DNA of 64,000 nucleotides, taken from positions 1,312,001 through 1,376,000 of the forward strand of contig CAWJQU010000005.1 in NCBI GenBank assembly GCA_963845145.1, in the 5' to 3' direction. The notes under the pieces were generated by a model. The model ran no database searches. It saw only the letters and a program-made list of their open reading frames with translations, and was not told the DNA's origin. The position numbers and the translations under genes were made by a program. The stretch is from an uncultured delta proteobacterium. Its GTDB lineage: Bacteria; Desulfobacterota; Desulfobacteria; Desulfobacterales; QNYZ01. Shown one piece after another: positions 21,029 through 31,942 of the stretch; the stretch's first letter is position 1, and every line of letters begins with the position of its first letter.

Positions 21029-21901
21029 TTATTGCTCAACCATTTTACTTCGGTTTTGAATATACGCACTACGAAACATCAAATAAGGATCAAGAGAGGC
21101 CTCCTTGAGGGCTTCCAGGTCGCCAATCCGGAAGGATAAACGGTTTGTAATATCTAAAGCGCGTTTGCTTATGGGGACATACCAGGGTTGCAGATAAGAC
21201 GCCGGGTCAAATAAAAAATCGCCCACCAAGCCCACTGAATCCCGTAGGGTCGATGGGCCTAAGACCGGTAGCACTATGTAAATACCGTTGCCGATCCCAT
21301 AGTGACCCAGGGTTTGCCCCATGTCCTCTTGACTGGGATTTAAAGCGGGAAAATTGGCAGCGGGATTTCCGAGCCCCAATAAACCGACCGTTGAGTTGAC
21401 AAAGAACCGGCCGAATTCTCCTCCGGCGGCGCGGACCTTGCCCTGAAACAGACAATTGGCCATCCGTCCGATACCGGCGATGTTGTAAAGCATATTTCCG
21501 ACACCGAGTCGAACCGGCTCAGGTACGACCGCTCGATACCCTTTAGCGATCGGTTTCAGACACCAGAAGTACAGTTTATCATTAAAGTTAAAAATTATCC
21601 GATTGACCGGGGCAAGAGGATCGGAAACTTGGGCGGTATCGGACAAAAATTCATTTTCAAAAAAATTGTCGTCATCCTCGAAAGCCTCATCCGCGGATGT
21701 TACCTCTTCGGAAGTCTTATCCCCGGATCCCTCATCTTCGGAAACAGGCAGTGACACTTTTTCTTGGGGCGCGGGAGACGTTTCGGTGGAGCCCCGCTGA
21801 ATCTGTCTATTTTGAGCGCATCCCGACATCACCATAGCTAAAATAATACCGAGGGCGAAAAAGATCGCCATTTGCCGGGTTGGGTAAATCGTTTTTCTCA
21901 T
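21029..21901 (-). CDS. mlaA: MlaA/VacJ lipoprotein
   Basis: Lipobox MSGC; DPL..NR..F.FND; EDMGQTLG; LPVLGPSTLRD. Confidence 0.92.
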   Translation of the reverse strand: MRKTIYPTRQMAIFFALGIILAMVMSGCAQNRQIQRGSTETSPAPQEKVSLPVSEDEGSGDKTSEEVTSADEAFEDDDNFFENEFLSDTAQVSDPLAPVNRIIFNFNDKLYFWCLKPIAKGYRAVVPEPVRLGVGNMLYNIAGIGRMANCLFQGKVRAAGGEFGRFFVNSTVGLLGLGNPAANFPALNPSQEDMGQTLGHYGIGNGIYIVLPVLGPSTLRDSVGLVGDFLFDPASYLQPWYVPISKRALDITNRLSFRIGDLEALKEASLDPYLMFRSAYIQNRSKMVEQ

Positions 21902-21913
21902 CGGTTCACCTCT

Positions 21914-24448
21914 TCAGTGGGCACTTAACTCTTTTTCAGGGCCGAACGGTTTAAACACGACAATGAGTCTGGGTAATAGCGTGAGGGCACCGGCCAGGGC
22001 GATCAACATGGCCAGCCCTGTCAGCAGACCGAACAGAATGCTGGGGATAAAATTGGATAATACCAAAATCGAAAATCCCACAATGATGGTAATCGAAGTG
22101 TAAAACATCGCATAACCGATGCTGCCATGGCAATAGTGCATGGTTGCCAGGTAATTGCCGCTGGAACCGAATTGGTTGATGAAACGGTATATATAGTGGA
22201 TTGTGTTGTCCACGGCAATACCGATGCTGATGGCGGCAATGGTAATCGTCATCATGTCCAGCGGGATTTTCGCCCAACCCATAAAGCCCAATACAAACCC
22301 AATCGCCAATATATTGGGTAAAATGGCGATGAGTGCGATTTTAAATGATCTAAACAGGGCCAGAAACATAACCATCAGGGCTAATAGGGCCACACCCAAG
22401 GTGGCAATCTGGGAACTGAAGAGGCTTTGAAGGACATTATTGTACAATACCATGAGCCCGGTTAACCTGAATTGTTCAGGGTCGAGCCCATGATCTTTAA
22501 TTAAATCTGCTCTGATTTGCTTTAACAAGGCATCGCGGCGAAGCGATTCCGCCGAATCCCGAATGAAGATAGAAAAGCGAACTTCATCGTCAGGAATGGA
22601 GATATACGGATCCAGCACCATTTTCTTAAATTGATCGGGTAGCTCCGTGTATAGGAGCGCCATCTCAAAGCTGTTAAGCTCTTTGCCCTTGTTTATCTTC
22701 TCGGCAACTTTAATCATGGTGCCGAGAGAAAGGACTTTACCCGTTTCGTCCAGATTGTCTAAATAATCATGAACTTGAACTATCCGGGTGATTTTATCGG
22801 GTGTAAACCAATAACGTTCATCTTTTGAGGGACCATCAAACTCATCGAATTCGTCGAAGGAGGAATCCGTTGAATCTTCAGAGACATCAGGGGTAGTCGG
22901 TGGCGATGTCCCTGTTGGCTTAAATTTTACAATGACATCCAACGGGGTGGTGCCAAACAGATGTTGATCGATGGTTTTCATCCCCTGATAGATTTCAGTG
23001 GATTTTTTAAAATAATCGATAAAGCTGTTTTCAACCATAAGGCGGGTGATGCCGATGAGGCTGCCTGCAAAAATAATCGCGGCACCGACCAGAATCAGGC
23101 GGCCATGGGCTTCGGTAAACCGGGCCAGAAGCGGTGTCAAAGAAAAACGCATTTTCGGCAAGGTGGCGCGGTCGCCTTTACCGATGGCTAATAGTGCTGT
23201 GGGGAAAAACAAAAACGTGATCAAAAGCGAGACCGTGATACCGGCGCTCATCATCCAGCCAAAGTTGATGACCGGTTTGATACCACTTAAAAGCAGCGAA
23301 CCAAACCCGGCAATGGTCGTTAAAACGGCATAGAGGCAGGGAAGAAACATGGAGACGATGGTTTCAAGAACAAGCTGACGATGACTGGTTCCAGGGGCAT
23401 CGAGACGCAAGCCCCGGTACCGAACCGTTAAATGGATGCTGATCGCCATGGTGATGATTAATTGCAAAGAGATGAAATTAGACGATACGACCGTCACTTC
23501 CCATCCAAACAGGCCCAACAAGCCGATCATGGCTATGGCCGAAAGGATACAACATGCCATGGGTAGCAAAATCCAGCGCAGCTGTTTGAAAATGATTTTT
23601 AGCGTAACCACCAGAAAAAACAGGATGCCCAACCCGAAGACCTTGAGATCGTTTTTAATAAACCCAATCAGATCATTGGAAATCATGGCCACACCACCCA
23701 GAAACAGATCGGCATCCTGGCGATAGCCATCCATAATGGCCCGAATGGCGGCGATATCCTGTTTGTTTTGCGCGCGCATTTGATCACGGTGGGATTTCAG
23801 CTGCGCGGCTATCTGATCACGCTTGTTTTGTTGGGTGGCGGTTAGGCTGTTATTCTGGTGCATCACCCGAATTTGTTCCCGTTGGGATAACAGATCCTGA
23901 AGGATGGTATCCTTTTTTAAATTCACTATCAACGCGGTGATTTTTAGATCGGCGCTGACCAGAAAATTGCTGTAAATCGGACTTTCGGTTAATTCGATTT
24001 TGGCCAGCTCCCTGTCCACTGATGGGGATTTTAAAGTCGGTATTTGACCGGCCAGCTCTTTTATGGGAATAGGCGGGCTCTGGAGCAAAGGGGCATTTAT
24101 AATGGAAAAAACGCTCTCCACCCGTGGCAAGTTTTCAAGCTCATCCTTTAATTTTGTAATCCGCTCCAAAACAACATCAGAAAAAAGATCCTGTTGGGGT
24201 GCGTAGGTAACGATGACAAAATCTTGGGATCCATAGCGCTTGGTGACTTGTCGCAAATAGATAAGATCCTGGTCGCCTTCCAGCAGGAGGGTTTCCGTGG
24301 ACGCATCAAGGGTGAAGTCTTTGGCATGATACCCTAAAAAGGCGACCGTCAGCAGAAGGGCTAAAATCACCCATTTTGGCCACTTTAGAATGACATGGTC
24401 GTAAAATTGGTAGATCAATGAGAGGATGTCTTTCGACCGATCGGTCAT
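21914..24448 (-). CDS. MMPL/RND-family exporter
   Basis: Two-repeat MMPL topology; GIAVDNTIHY. Confidence 0.92.
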   Translation of the reverse strand: MTDRSKDILSLIYQFYDHVILKWPKWVILALLLTVAFLGYHAKDFTLDASTETLLLEGDQDLIYLRQVTKRYGSQDFVIVTYAPQQDLFSDVVLERITKLKDELENLPRVESVFSIINAPLLQSPPIPIKELAGQIPTLKSPSVDRELAKIELTESPIYSNFLVSADLKITALIVNLKKDTILQDLLSQREQIRVMHQNNSLTATQQNKRDQIAAQLKSHRDQMRAQNKQDIAAIRAIMDGYRQDADLFLGGVAMISNDLIGFIKNDLKVFGLGILFFLVVTLKIIFKQLRWILLPMACCILSAIAMIGLLGLFGWEVTVVSSNFISLQLIITMAISIHLTVRYRGLRLDAPGTSHRQLVLETIVSMFLPCLYAVLTTIAGFGSLLLSGIKPVINFGWMMSAGITVSLLITFLFFPTALLAIGKGDRATLPKMRFSLTPLLARFTEAHGRLILVGAAIIFAGSLIGITRLMVENSFIDYFKKSTEIYQGMKTIDQHLFGTTPLDVIVKFKPTGTSPPTTPDVSEDSTDSSFDEFDEFDGPSKDERYWFTPDKITRIVQVHDYLDNLDETGKVLSLGTMIKVAEKINKGKELNSFEMALLYTELPDQFKKMVLDPYISIPDDEVRFSIFIRDSAESLRRDALLKQIRADLIKDHGLDPEQFRLTGLMVLYNNVLQSLFSSQIATLGVALLALMVMFLALFRSFKIALIAILPNILAIGFVLGFMGWAKIPLDMMTITIAAISIGIAVDNTIHYIYRFINQFGSSGNYLATMHYCHGSIGYAMFYTSITIIVGFSILVLSNFIPSILFGLLTGLAMLIALAGALTLLPRLIVVFKPFGPEKELSAH

Positions 24449-25032
24449 TTCAGGGATTGTTTAAGCTTGGCCAGGAGATCATCGATGGAGCCATTGTTTA
24501 AAATGGCAGAATATTCGGCCTGATGGGAGACAATAACACTCGTGCCGCTGATTTCGGCGTCATAAATTTTCCAACCTTGTTTTGATTGATAAAACTTATA
24601 GGTGATGGGGACGACTTTACCTTTGGAAATCAGCTCCGTGGGGACGTAGATTTTGTTATCCTTTTGGACGGCTGGTTTGAAATCGATTTTATCATTGGTA
24701 TAGAGTTCCACTTTGCCGATATAGGCTTTTTCCAAGTGGGCGGAAAAAAGCGACGTAAACTCCTGCTGTTTGTTATTGGAAAGTGCTGACCAGTGCTTTC
24801 TGCCCAGCGCCAGCTTGGCCATCAACGGTAGGTCAAACAGGGGTTTGACCGATTTTACAATCTGGGATCGTTTCTGGCCTTGGTCGATAGCATTGTCGTT
24901 TAGAATAAGGGTTATTTCAGTTAATGTATCTTTGACAATTTTTTCCGGCCCCTCACTGGCAAACGCCATGAACGATCCGGCAGTAATAACCAAACCGATG
25001 ATCGTAATCCATATGATTTGTCGTATTTTCAT
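24445..25032 (-). CDS. mlaC: MlaC/Ttg2D-family periplasmic lipid-binding protein
   Basis: Signal peptide; MAKLALGRKHW, WKIYD. Confidence 0.85.
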   Translation of the reverse strand: MKIRQIIWITIIGLVITAGSFMAFASEGPEKIVKDTLTEITLILNDNAIDQGQKRSQIVKSVKPLFDLPLMAKLALGRKHWSALSNNKQQEFTSLFSAHLEKAYIGKVELYTNDKIDFKPAVQKDNKIYVPTELISKGKVVPITYKFYQSKQGWKIYDAEISGTSVIVSHQAEYSAILNNGSIDDLLAKLKQSLK

Positions 25033-25179
25033 TGTCGTTTCCTTTCCGAATTAATACACGGCGTCGTTATTCAAAATTGCATCCGAAACCATAATATAGG
25101 GTCTTAGTTTGTCAAAGATAGGGCGACCCAACCGCGTTTGTCAAGCATTGCAGTGCCAATCCGGCTAATCGGGCATTGG

Positions 25180-25692
25180 TTAAATGGATAGTAAGTAGGT
25201 CCGCAAATTTGTTTTTTGGTGGGTAAGTCCAAACTTGGCGCGAATATTTCTTCGATGAGCTTCAATGGTTCTGCGTGAAAGATGCATTAATTCAGCAATT
25301 TGCGTTGTCGTTCGCCCCTGTCGAACCATATTCGCTACTTGCATTTCCGTGGGCGTTAGATTGTGGGGGCGGGTAGACAGGGTCCAGGCAAACGGCGAAA
25401 CAATCTCGCTTAAATTGGTTGTTAAAATTTCCAGATGCATTCTCTGTCGGGAATTGAGCTCGCTATCGGCCAGTTTTTCAAGGTAGGGGCTAATCAATTG
25501 CTCAACATTCGACAAAACGCGGGTCTCGATTTCATATTTATCGGTTTCGCGCTTTTCCATTAAGACTTTAAGCGCGGTATTCATTTCCTGCAGACGCCGG
25601 TTTTTATCCTTAAGCGCTTGGGTCCGTTTCTCTACGCGGCGTTCAAGGTCCTGTTGGGCTTTTAATGATGTTGGCTTGGCTTTTTTTGGCAT
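25180..25692 (-). CDS. LuxR-type HTH regulator (coiled coil + HTH)
   Basis: LTPTEMQVA...TIEAHRRNIRAK. Confidence 0.88.
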   Translation of the reverse strand: MPKKAKPTSLKAQQDLERRVEKRTQALKDKNRRLQEMNTALKVLMEKRETDKYEIETRVLSNVEQLISPYLEKLADSELNSRQRMHLEILTTNLSEIVSPFAWTLSTRPHNLTPTEMQVANMVRQGRTTTQIAELMHLSRRTIEAHRRNIRAKFGLTHQKTNLRTYLLSI

Positions 25693-25803
25693 TGTGATTC
25701 ATCGCCTCCCTAAAGTCCAAAAAAGCGAACGTTGCATGGTATCTTTTCTCAGACAATCTGACCATGTAGCTGTTTGCTTGATAAAAATCGATACAAAAAA
25801 TGG

Positions 25804-26628
25804 TTAAAGACCGATGGGGTCGCCTCCCTGCGATTGAGACGCCACCGAAAGAACAATATTTTTACTTGAAATCACAGGCTCGACAGCCTCACGGGCTTTT
25901 TCCGGCGTATTGTTAATTTCACTTAAATGTGCCAGCACCACCCGTTGCAAGCGATCATGAATGAGCTCAGACAGCAATTTTCCGGTATCTTGATTGGACA
26001 GGTGGCCCGAGCGACTCATTACTCGCTGCTTCAACGGCCAGGCGTAGGGACCGTTTTTAAGCATATCGGGATCATGATTGGCCTCCAAAACAAGCACGCT
26101 GCATTGCGCCAGATGCGACTTGACCACATGGGTCGCGACGCCAAGATCGGTGGCCACGCCGACCTTATGCCCGTTTAGCTGAAAGGTAAAACCGGCCGGG
26201 TCCACGGCATCATGAGAGATGGAAAAGGGATGAATCGTCAGACTGTTGATCGTAAATGGCGTGCCGCAATTAAAATGGTTGATTTTGAATAGACGCCCCA
26301 ATCGTTTGGCCGATATCTCAGCCGTTTTCGGCGTAATATAGACCGGTAAATGGTAACGGCGGGATAGGACACCGGCACCATGGATGTGGTCGCTGTGTTC
26401 GTGGGAGATGATGATGGCATCCAGGTCTTCCGCTCGCAAGCCCTGTCGGTTTAAGCGGCGTTCAATCTGAATGCCGGATAAGCCGGAGTCCAATAAAATG
26501 CGGGTATGCCCGTCAGACAGGAACGTGACATTTCCCTTGCTGCCACTGGCCAGAACACAAACGACCGGCCGGTTGTCGCCTGGAGGTGAAATATCCTTGG
26601 ATTGCGGATGGTTATTGCCGGAAATCAT
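25804..26628 (-). CDS. MBL-fold metallo-hydrolase (YycJ/WalJ-like)
   Basis: LASGSKGN, SHEHSDH, EANHD, HLSN. Confidence 0.9.
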   Translation of the reverse strand: MISGNNHPQSKDISPPGDNRPVVCVLASGSKGNVTFLSDGHTRILLDSGLSGIQIERRLNRQGLRAEDLDAIIISHEHSDHIHGAGVLSRRYHLPVYITPKTAEISAKRLGRLFKINHFNCGTPFTINSLTIHPFSISHDAVDPAGFTFQLNGHKVGVATDLGVATHVVKSHLAQCSVLVLEANHDPDMLKNGPYAWPLKQRVMSRSGHLSNQDTGKLLSELIHDRLQRVVLAHLSEINNTPEKAREAVEPVISSKNIVLSVASQSQGGDPIGL

Positions 26629-26720
26629 AGGTGTCTTTTGTCTGCCTATCCATATATTGGGGAGCCGGTTTTTCAGTGTACCGGTCTAATGCGCCAAGTT
26701 GATTTTCGGCCGAGGTGTCT

Positions 26721-27191
26721 TTACCGGCCGGTATGCCCGAAACCACCGTCGCCACGAGGTGTCTTTTGCAATGAATCCACCTCTTCAAGCTGAGCACGGA
26801 AGGCGCGCGCGATAATCATCTGGGCGATCCGGTCTCCGCGATTAATGGGGTACGGCCGGGGGCCGTGATTGATCAGGGCCACCTTCACCTCTCCACGGTA
26901 ATCGGCATCAATCGTACCGGGCGAATTAATCAACCCGATGCCATGGCGAACCGCCAGACCGCTGCGCGGTCGAATCTGGGCCTCAAAGCCTTCGGGCAGG
27001 GCCATAGCGAAACCCGTGGGGATCAATTCGATGGTGCCAGGGTGTATGGTAACCGTTTGGGTGACCGCCGCACAAACATCCATTCCGGCTGATTGAGGTG
27101 TCATGTAACGGGGCAGGGGAATATCGGTATCATTTTTCGGGTCAAGGCGAACAATCTGAATGTGTGGTTGAAGGCGTGGTTGTGGCGGCAT
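26721..27191 (-). CDS. dut: dUTP diphosphatase
   Basis: [29 protein letters not shown]. Confidence 0.97.
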   Translation of the reverse strand: MPPQPRLQPHIQIVRLDPKNDTDIPLPRYMTPQSAGMDVCAAVTQTVTIHPGTIELIPTGFAMALPEGFEAQIRPRSGLAVRHGIGLINSPGTIDADYRGEVKVALINHGPRPYPINRGDRIAQMIIARAFRAQLEEVDSLQKTPRGDGGFGHTGR

Positions 27192-27194
27192 GAT

Positions 27195-28460
27195 TTAAGG
27201 CTGTATCAATCCGGCAAATAACGTTTCGTCCTTAATCGGCCCCAGGGTTGTCAAGGCAACCCGATCCTCACCATACAGGCGCTTGGCAAGCGTCTGTATG
27301 TTTTCGGCCGATACATCATCAATTTTAGCCAGAATCTCCTTTAGAGGTAAATGCCGGCCAAAGTGGATCTCTTGTTGTGCCAGGCGAATCATTTGATTAT
27401 CATTGCTTTCGGCGGCCAGCAGCAACGACCCCTTGGTATAATCCTTGGCGCTTTGCAATTCGTCGGGACTAACCAGGTCTTGCCCCATTTTTCTTATCGC
27501 CGCCATAATCCGTTCGACCGTTTCCACGGCCTGATCCGGGGCGACGGCGGCGTAAACACCCAACATGCCCGTGTCTTCATAGGCGCTGACAAAGGAGTAG
27601 ATCGAATAGGCCAAACCGTATTTTTCCCGGATTTCCTGGAACAGGCGGGAGCTCATGTTGCCACCCAGAATAGTATTGAGCAATGAACTCGTATACCGGT
27701 CGGGATCGGAAATGGCCAGGCCCTCAACGCCGAGACAGAGGTGCACCTGCTCCTGATCACGGTCATGGACGCGGGTAAAGAAGTGATAATCCGGCTTTTC
27801 CCGCTGCGGCAATCGGTGTGCCGGAGTCAAATCATCGAAGACCGGTTGAATCAGATCCACAAATTCCGAATGGTCGATCTTGCCGGCGGCAGAAATGACA
27901 ATACGATCAGGCTGATAGAGTTTGTTAAAAAAGCGCTTCAAATCGGTGGAATCGAAGCGCATCAGTTTTTCCCGAGTTCCGATGATGGGGCGTCCCAACG
28001 GATGATCGCCCCAAAAGCTCTGGCCGGCCAAATGATGAACCAGTTCATCGGGGCTATCTTCCAACATGCTGATTTCTTGAAAAATAACCGGTCGTTCGCG
28101 TTCCACTTCTCGTTGATCAAAGACCGAATGAAGGAAAATATCCGCCAGAATATCGACCATGGTAGGCAGGTGCCCATTCATGACTTTGGCGTAATAGCAG
28201 GTGTTTTCCATTGAGGTAAAGGCATTGGTGGCGCCACCGATCGCATCGAATTCCTTGGCGATTTGATAGGACGATCTTCGGTTTGTTCCCTTGAAAATCA
28301 TATGCTCGATAAAATGAGAAAGGCCTTGTTCATCGACGGCCTCATCCCGGGCACCGGCATCGACCCAGATACCCATGGACACCGAATGCAGATGGGCCAT
28401 GGGCATCGTGAGGACACGAATCCCGTTGGGAAGGGTGCTTTTGTGAATAGATGTATCCAA
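27195..28460 (-). CDS. M16 family zinc peptidase
   Basis: HFIEH motif, NAFT, GGNMSSRLFQEIRE. Confidence 0.95.
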   Translation of the reverse strand: MDTSIHKSTLPNGIRVLTMPMAHLHSVSMGIWVDAGARDEAVDEQGLSHFIEHMIFKGTNRRSSYQIAKEFDAIGGATNAFTSMENTCYYAKVMNGHLPTMVDILADIFLHSVFDQREVERERPVIFQEISMLEDSPDELVHHLAGQSFWGDHPLGRPIIGTREKLMRFDSTDLKRFFNKLYQPDRIVISAAGKIDHSEFVDLIQPVFDDLTPAHRLPQREKPDYHFFTRVHDRDQEQVHLCLGVEGLAISDPDRYTSSLLNTILGGNMSSRLFQEIREKYGLAYSIYSFVSAYEDTGMLGVYAAVAPDQAVETVERIMAAIRKMGQDLVSPDELQSAKDYTKGSLLLAAESNDNQMIRLAQQEIHFGRHLPLKEILAKIDDVSAENIQTLAKRLYGEDRVALTTLGPIKDETLFAGLIQP

Positions 28461-28490
28461 ATCGTTAATCCTGACCGTTAGTCCTGATCA

Positions 28491-30572
28491 TTAATCTTGG
28501 TCGCTGACCTCTTTGTGGCTCAAGCGGATCTTGCCGTCGCGCCCAATTTCCAGGACCTTCACTTTAATGATGTCGCCCTCTTTGACCACATCGGTGACTT
28601 TTTTTACCCGATGGTTAGCCAGTTGGGAAATATGCACCAGGCCATCCGTACCGGGTAAGATTTGTACAAACGCTCCGAAATCCATTATTTTGACGACCTT
28701 GCCCTCATAAATGGCGTTGACTTCCGGAACGGCCGTGATCTCCTTAATTCGGCCCATGGCCATATCGGCCTCTTCTTTACTGGTGGCGGCGATTTTGACA
28801 AGGCCGGAATCGTCCACTTCAATGCGTGTATTGGTGTCCGCCTGAATAGCGCGAATCATCTTGCCACCCGGGCCGATAATATCTCGAATTTTATCCGGAT
28901 TAATTTCTACCGTTTCGATCACCGGTGCGTAGCGGGATATGGCTTCTCGCGGGGCACCCAGGGCACCATCCATGTTATCCAGAATATGAAGCCGTCCCAT
29001 GCGTGCCTGGGCCAACGCTTTTTCCATCACGTCCCGGGATAATTCAAGAATTTTGATGTCCATTTGAAGGGAAGTAATCCCCTCACGGGTCCCGGCGACT
29101 TTAAAATCCATATCGCCGGTATGGTCCTCATCCCCAAGAATATCCGATAGAATCTCCACCTGATCCCCTTCGCTGACGAGTCCCATGGCGACGCCTGCCA
29201 CCGGCGCTTTGATGGGGACACCGCCATCCATCATCGCCAGCGTGGCGGCGCACACCGTGCCCATGGAGGAAGAGCCATTGGATTCAAGCACTTCGGAAAC
29301 GATTCGAATGGTATAGTCGAAATCTTCCTTATCGGGAAGTACCCGCTCAATAGCGCGCGTTGACAACCCGCCATGACCGATGTCCCGGCGGCTGGGGCCT
29401 CCTAAGCGGCGGGTTTCGCCTACCGAGTAGGGAGGAAAATTGTAATGCAGCATAAAGGGGCGGAACTCTTCGCCGCCCAAAGTCTCGACGCGCTGCTGAT
29501 CCGGACCGGAGCCTAGGGTTAAGACGCCAAGTACCTGGGTTTCACCACGGGTGAAAAGAGCACTACCGTGGGGCCTGGGTAAGATGCCGGGCTGGCAGGT
29601 GATGGGACGGATTTCATCAAATCGGCGGCCGTCGATGCGCCGGCCTTCTTTTAATACCAGATCGCGGCTGATCTTTTTCTTGAGATCTGAGAATATGTCG
29701 CCTACCTCGCCTTCACGATCGGGATGGGACTCCTTAATTTTTTCAACAACATCCGCCTTCACCTGGCGAATCGCAACCTGGCGCTCTACTTTCGTCGGTG
29801 TCAGAATGGCCTCACGGAGTTTTTCCGAAGCTTCAGCTGTCACTGTCGCAACGAGATCCGGATCTGGTTTAGGGGGCTCAAAGGCGCGTTTGGGTTTACC
29901 GCATTTGGCCTTAAGATCCTCTTGAACCTTAATCAATGGTTGCAGGGCTTCATGTCCAAAATAGATGGCCTCAATGGCCTCGGCCTCATCGATGATATCG
30001 GCACCGCCTTCCACCATGATTACACCGGTTTTTGATCCGGCCACAATGATGTTAAAATCGGACTGTTCCCACTGGGAAATCGGCGGGTTGGCGATCAGTT
30101 TGCCATCAATGCGTCCCACGCGAACACTGGCGATAGGACCGGCAAAGGGGATGTCTGAAATTTCAAGGGCGGCGGAAGCTCCAAGCATCGCCAGGCAATC
30201 GGGGTCGTTCTCATGGTCCATGGAGAGGACCGTGGCGATTACCTGGATCTCACATTGATACCCCTTGGGGAACAGGGGCCGAATCGGGCGGTCAATTAAC
30301 CGGGCCGTAAGGGTCTCTTTTTCACTGGGACGTCCGATCTCCCGCCTAAAATAGTTCCCGGGAATTCGCCCGGCAGCGTAAATCTTTTCCATGTACTCAA
30401 CGGTCAGCGGAAGAAATCCCATATTCCGTTCTTCCAATGAACCCACCACGGATACCAAGACGACGGTTTCTCCGCACTGCACAACCACCGCACCCGACGC
30501 CTGTTTGGCAAGCTTACCGGTCTGGATGGTTAAAGGTTGGTCCCCAAGGGTCGTATTAAGTTCTAATTCCAT
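28491..30572 (-). CDS. pnp: polyribonucleotide nucleotidyltransferase
   Basis: RNase PH domains ([16 protein letters not shown]), KH and S1 domains. Confidence 0.98.
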   Translation of the reverse strand: MELELNTTLGDQPLTIQTGKLAKQASGAVVVQCGETVVLVSVVGSLEERNMGFLPLTVEYMEKIYAAGRIPGNYFRREIGRPSEKETLTARLIDRPIRPLFPKGYQCEIQVIATVLSMDHENDPDCLAMLGASAALEISDIPFAGPIASVRVGRIDGKLIANPPISQWEQSDFNIIVAGSKTGVIMVEGGADIIDEAEAIEAIYFGHEALQPLIKVQEDLKAKCGKPKRAFEPPKPDPDLVATVTAEASEKLREAILTPTKVERQVAIRQVKADVVEKIKESHPDREGEVGDIFSDLKKKISRDLVLKEGRRIDGRRFDEIRPITCQPGILPRPHGSALFTRGETQVLGVLTLGSGPDQQRVETLGGEEFRPFMLHYNFPPYSVGETRRLGGPSRRDIGHGGLSTRAIERVLPDKEDFDYTIRIVSEVLESNGSSSMGTVCAATLAMMDGGVPIKAPVAGVAMGLVSEGDQVEILSDILGDEDHTGDMDFKVAGTREGITSLQMDIKILELSRDVMEKALAQARMGRLHILDNMDGALGAPREAISRYAPVIETVEINPDKIRDIIGPGGKMIRAIQADTNTRIEVDDSGLVKIAATSKEEADMAMGRIKEITAVPEVNAIYEGKVVKIMDFGAFVQILPGTDGLVHISQLANHRVKKVTDVVKEGDIIKVKVLEIGRDGKIRLSHKEVSDQD

Positions 30573-30694
30573 CTGTTTCTCCTGTGCGAATCGTCGCTAT
30601 CAATATAAGGCAACCCGTAGCAATAGGAACCTGGCCATCTTAGCGATTATCTCTGGTTTGTTTTTCGTGTCCAATACGATGCTGAGGTGTTCAG

Positions 30695-30964
30695 CTATCG
30701 GCGCAGACCGAGGGTTTTGACAATATCACGATACCGCTTTACATCCTTATTTTTAACATAGTTGAGCAGGCGTCGCCTCTGACCAACCAGCATCAAAAGT
30801 CCCCGACGTGTATGGTGGTCTTTTTTGTGGGCTTTAAGATGTTCGGTTAAATAGGAAATTCGATGGGTTAACAATCCCACCTGGACTTCCGGCGACCCGG
30901 TATCCGATTCGTGAAGTTTGTACTTGTCAATTAAATTTCTTTTCTCGTTGGATGTCAGTACCAA
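30695..30964 (-). CDS. rpsO: 30S ribosomal protein S15
   Basis: [14 protein letters not shown]. Confidence 0.98.
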   Translation of the reverse strand: MVLTSNEKRNLIDKYKLHESDTGSPEVQVGLLTHRISYLTEHLKAHKKDHHTRRGLLMLVGQRRRLLNYVKNKDVKRYRDIVKTLGLRR

Positions 30965-31042
30965 TGTCGTTCCTCCTGAATTTTGTTCATTATTACTTTC
31001 ATTTCAAACAGATTGAATTCCGGTTTGGGCTTCTGAGCAATA

Positions 31043-31942
31043 CTAAATCCCATCCGGAAAAACGCAACAATACCTATAATTACGATCGATAACCGCCAGT
31101 AGCTTTCGATCGGTGTCGATGATTTTCATTTTTTCCCCGGTAACCCGAATGCCATCAGTGAGATCCAGGGGGCGCCCATATCTGATTTTTTCACACAACA
31201 CCTTACTCGCCTGATGGGTCGGCATATCCGGCAACGCATCCACCGGTAAAACCAAGTGGGTGCCCCAGACACCCTCGGCGACCAAAGTTTCAAGCTCCTT
31301 TGGTTTGAGGGCGCATCCTACCGAAAAACCACAACTGGCGGTACGACGCAAAGCGGCTAAATGGCCCCCACATCCCAAGGTTTCGCCTAAATCCGCACAT
31401 ATAGTGCGAATGTATGTGCCGGCAGAGCAGGTAACGCTAAAATGGACATCCGGCAGATCTATTTTTTTTATCCTTAGCGCTGATATTACCACAGTTCGGG
31501 GTGGTTTGGCTACCGGCTCACCCTTTCGGGCATAATGGTACAACGGCTTCCCCTGGTGCTTTACGGCAGAGTATATCGGTGGTCGCTGCTGAATGCTTCC
31601 GATAAATTTACGAACCCCGGTTTCGATGTCGGTTTTAGAGATATGCAAAAAATCCTTACGGTCCAAAATTTGCCCCGTGGCATCCTGAGTGTCGGTGGTA
31701 ATCCCTAAGCGAAGGGTCGCCTGATACGTTTTTTCTCCGGTCAATAAGAACTGGGCCAATTTGGTCGCTTGGTTCAGGCAGCAAACCAACAGACCCGTTG
31801 CCAGCGGATCCAATGTCCCGGTGTGGCCCGCTTTTTTTGAGCCGGTCAGCCTTTTGATTATGGCTACGACTTTGGCCGATGTCATTTTGTCCGGTTTGTC
31901 AATGAGCAATATGCCGGTTTTGTCAGGCCCATGCTGGCCCAT
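31043..31942 (-). CDS. truB: tRNA pseudouridine(55) synthase
   Basis: GHTGTLDPLATG, GTYIR. Confidence 0.97.
   Translation of the reverse strand: MGQHGPDKTGILLIDKPDKMTSAKVVAIIKRLTGSKKAGHTGTLDPLATGLLVCCLNQATKLAQFLLTGEKTYQATLRLGITTDTQDATGQILDRKDFLHISKTDIETGVRKFIGSIQQRPPIYSAVKHQGKPLYHYARKGEPVAKPPRTVVISALRIKKIDLPDVHFSVTCSAGTYIRTICADLGETLGCGGHLAALRRTASCGFSVGCALKPKELETLVAEGVWGTHLVLPVDALPDMPTHQASKVLCEKIRYGRPLDLTDGIRVTGEKMKIIDTDRKLLAVIDRNYRYCCVFPDGI

Noticed and set aside
21029..25032. Hopanoid biosynthesis cluster
   Set aside because: Only transport-like genes are present; no shc or hpn enzymes.
25145..25160. sigma54 promoter TTGGCACTGCAATGC upstream of mlaC
   Set aside because: GG-GC spacing is 9 nt rather than the required 10.
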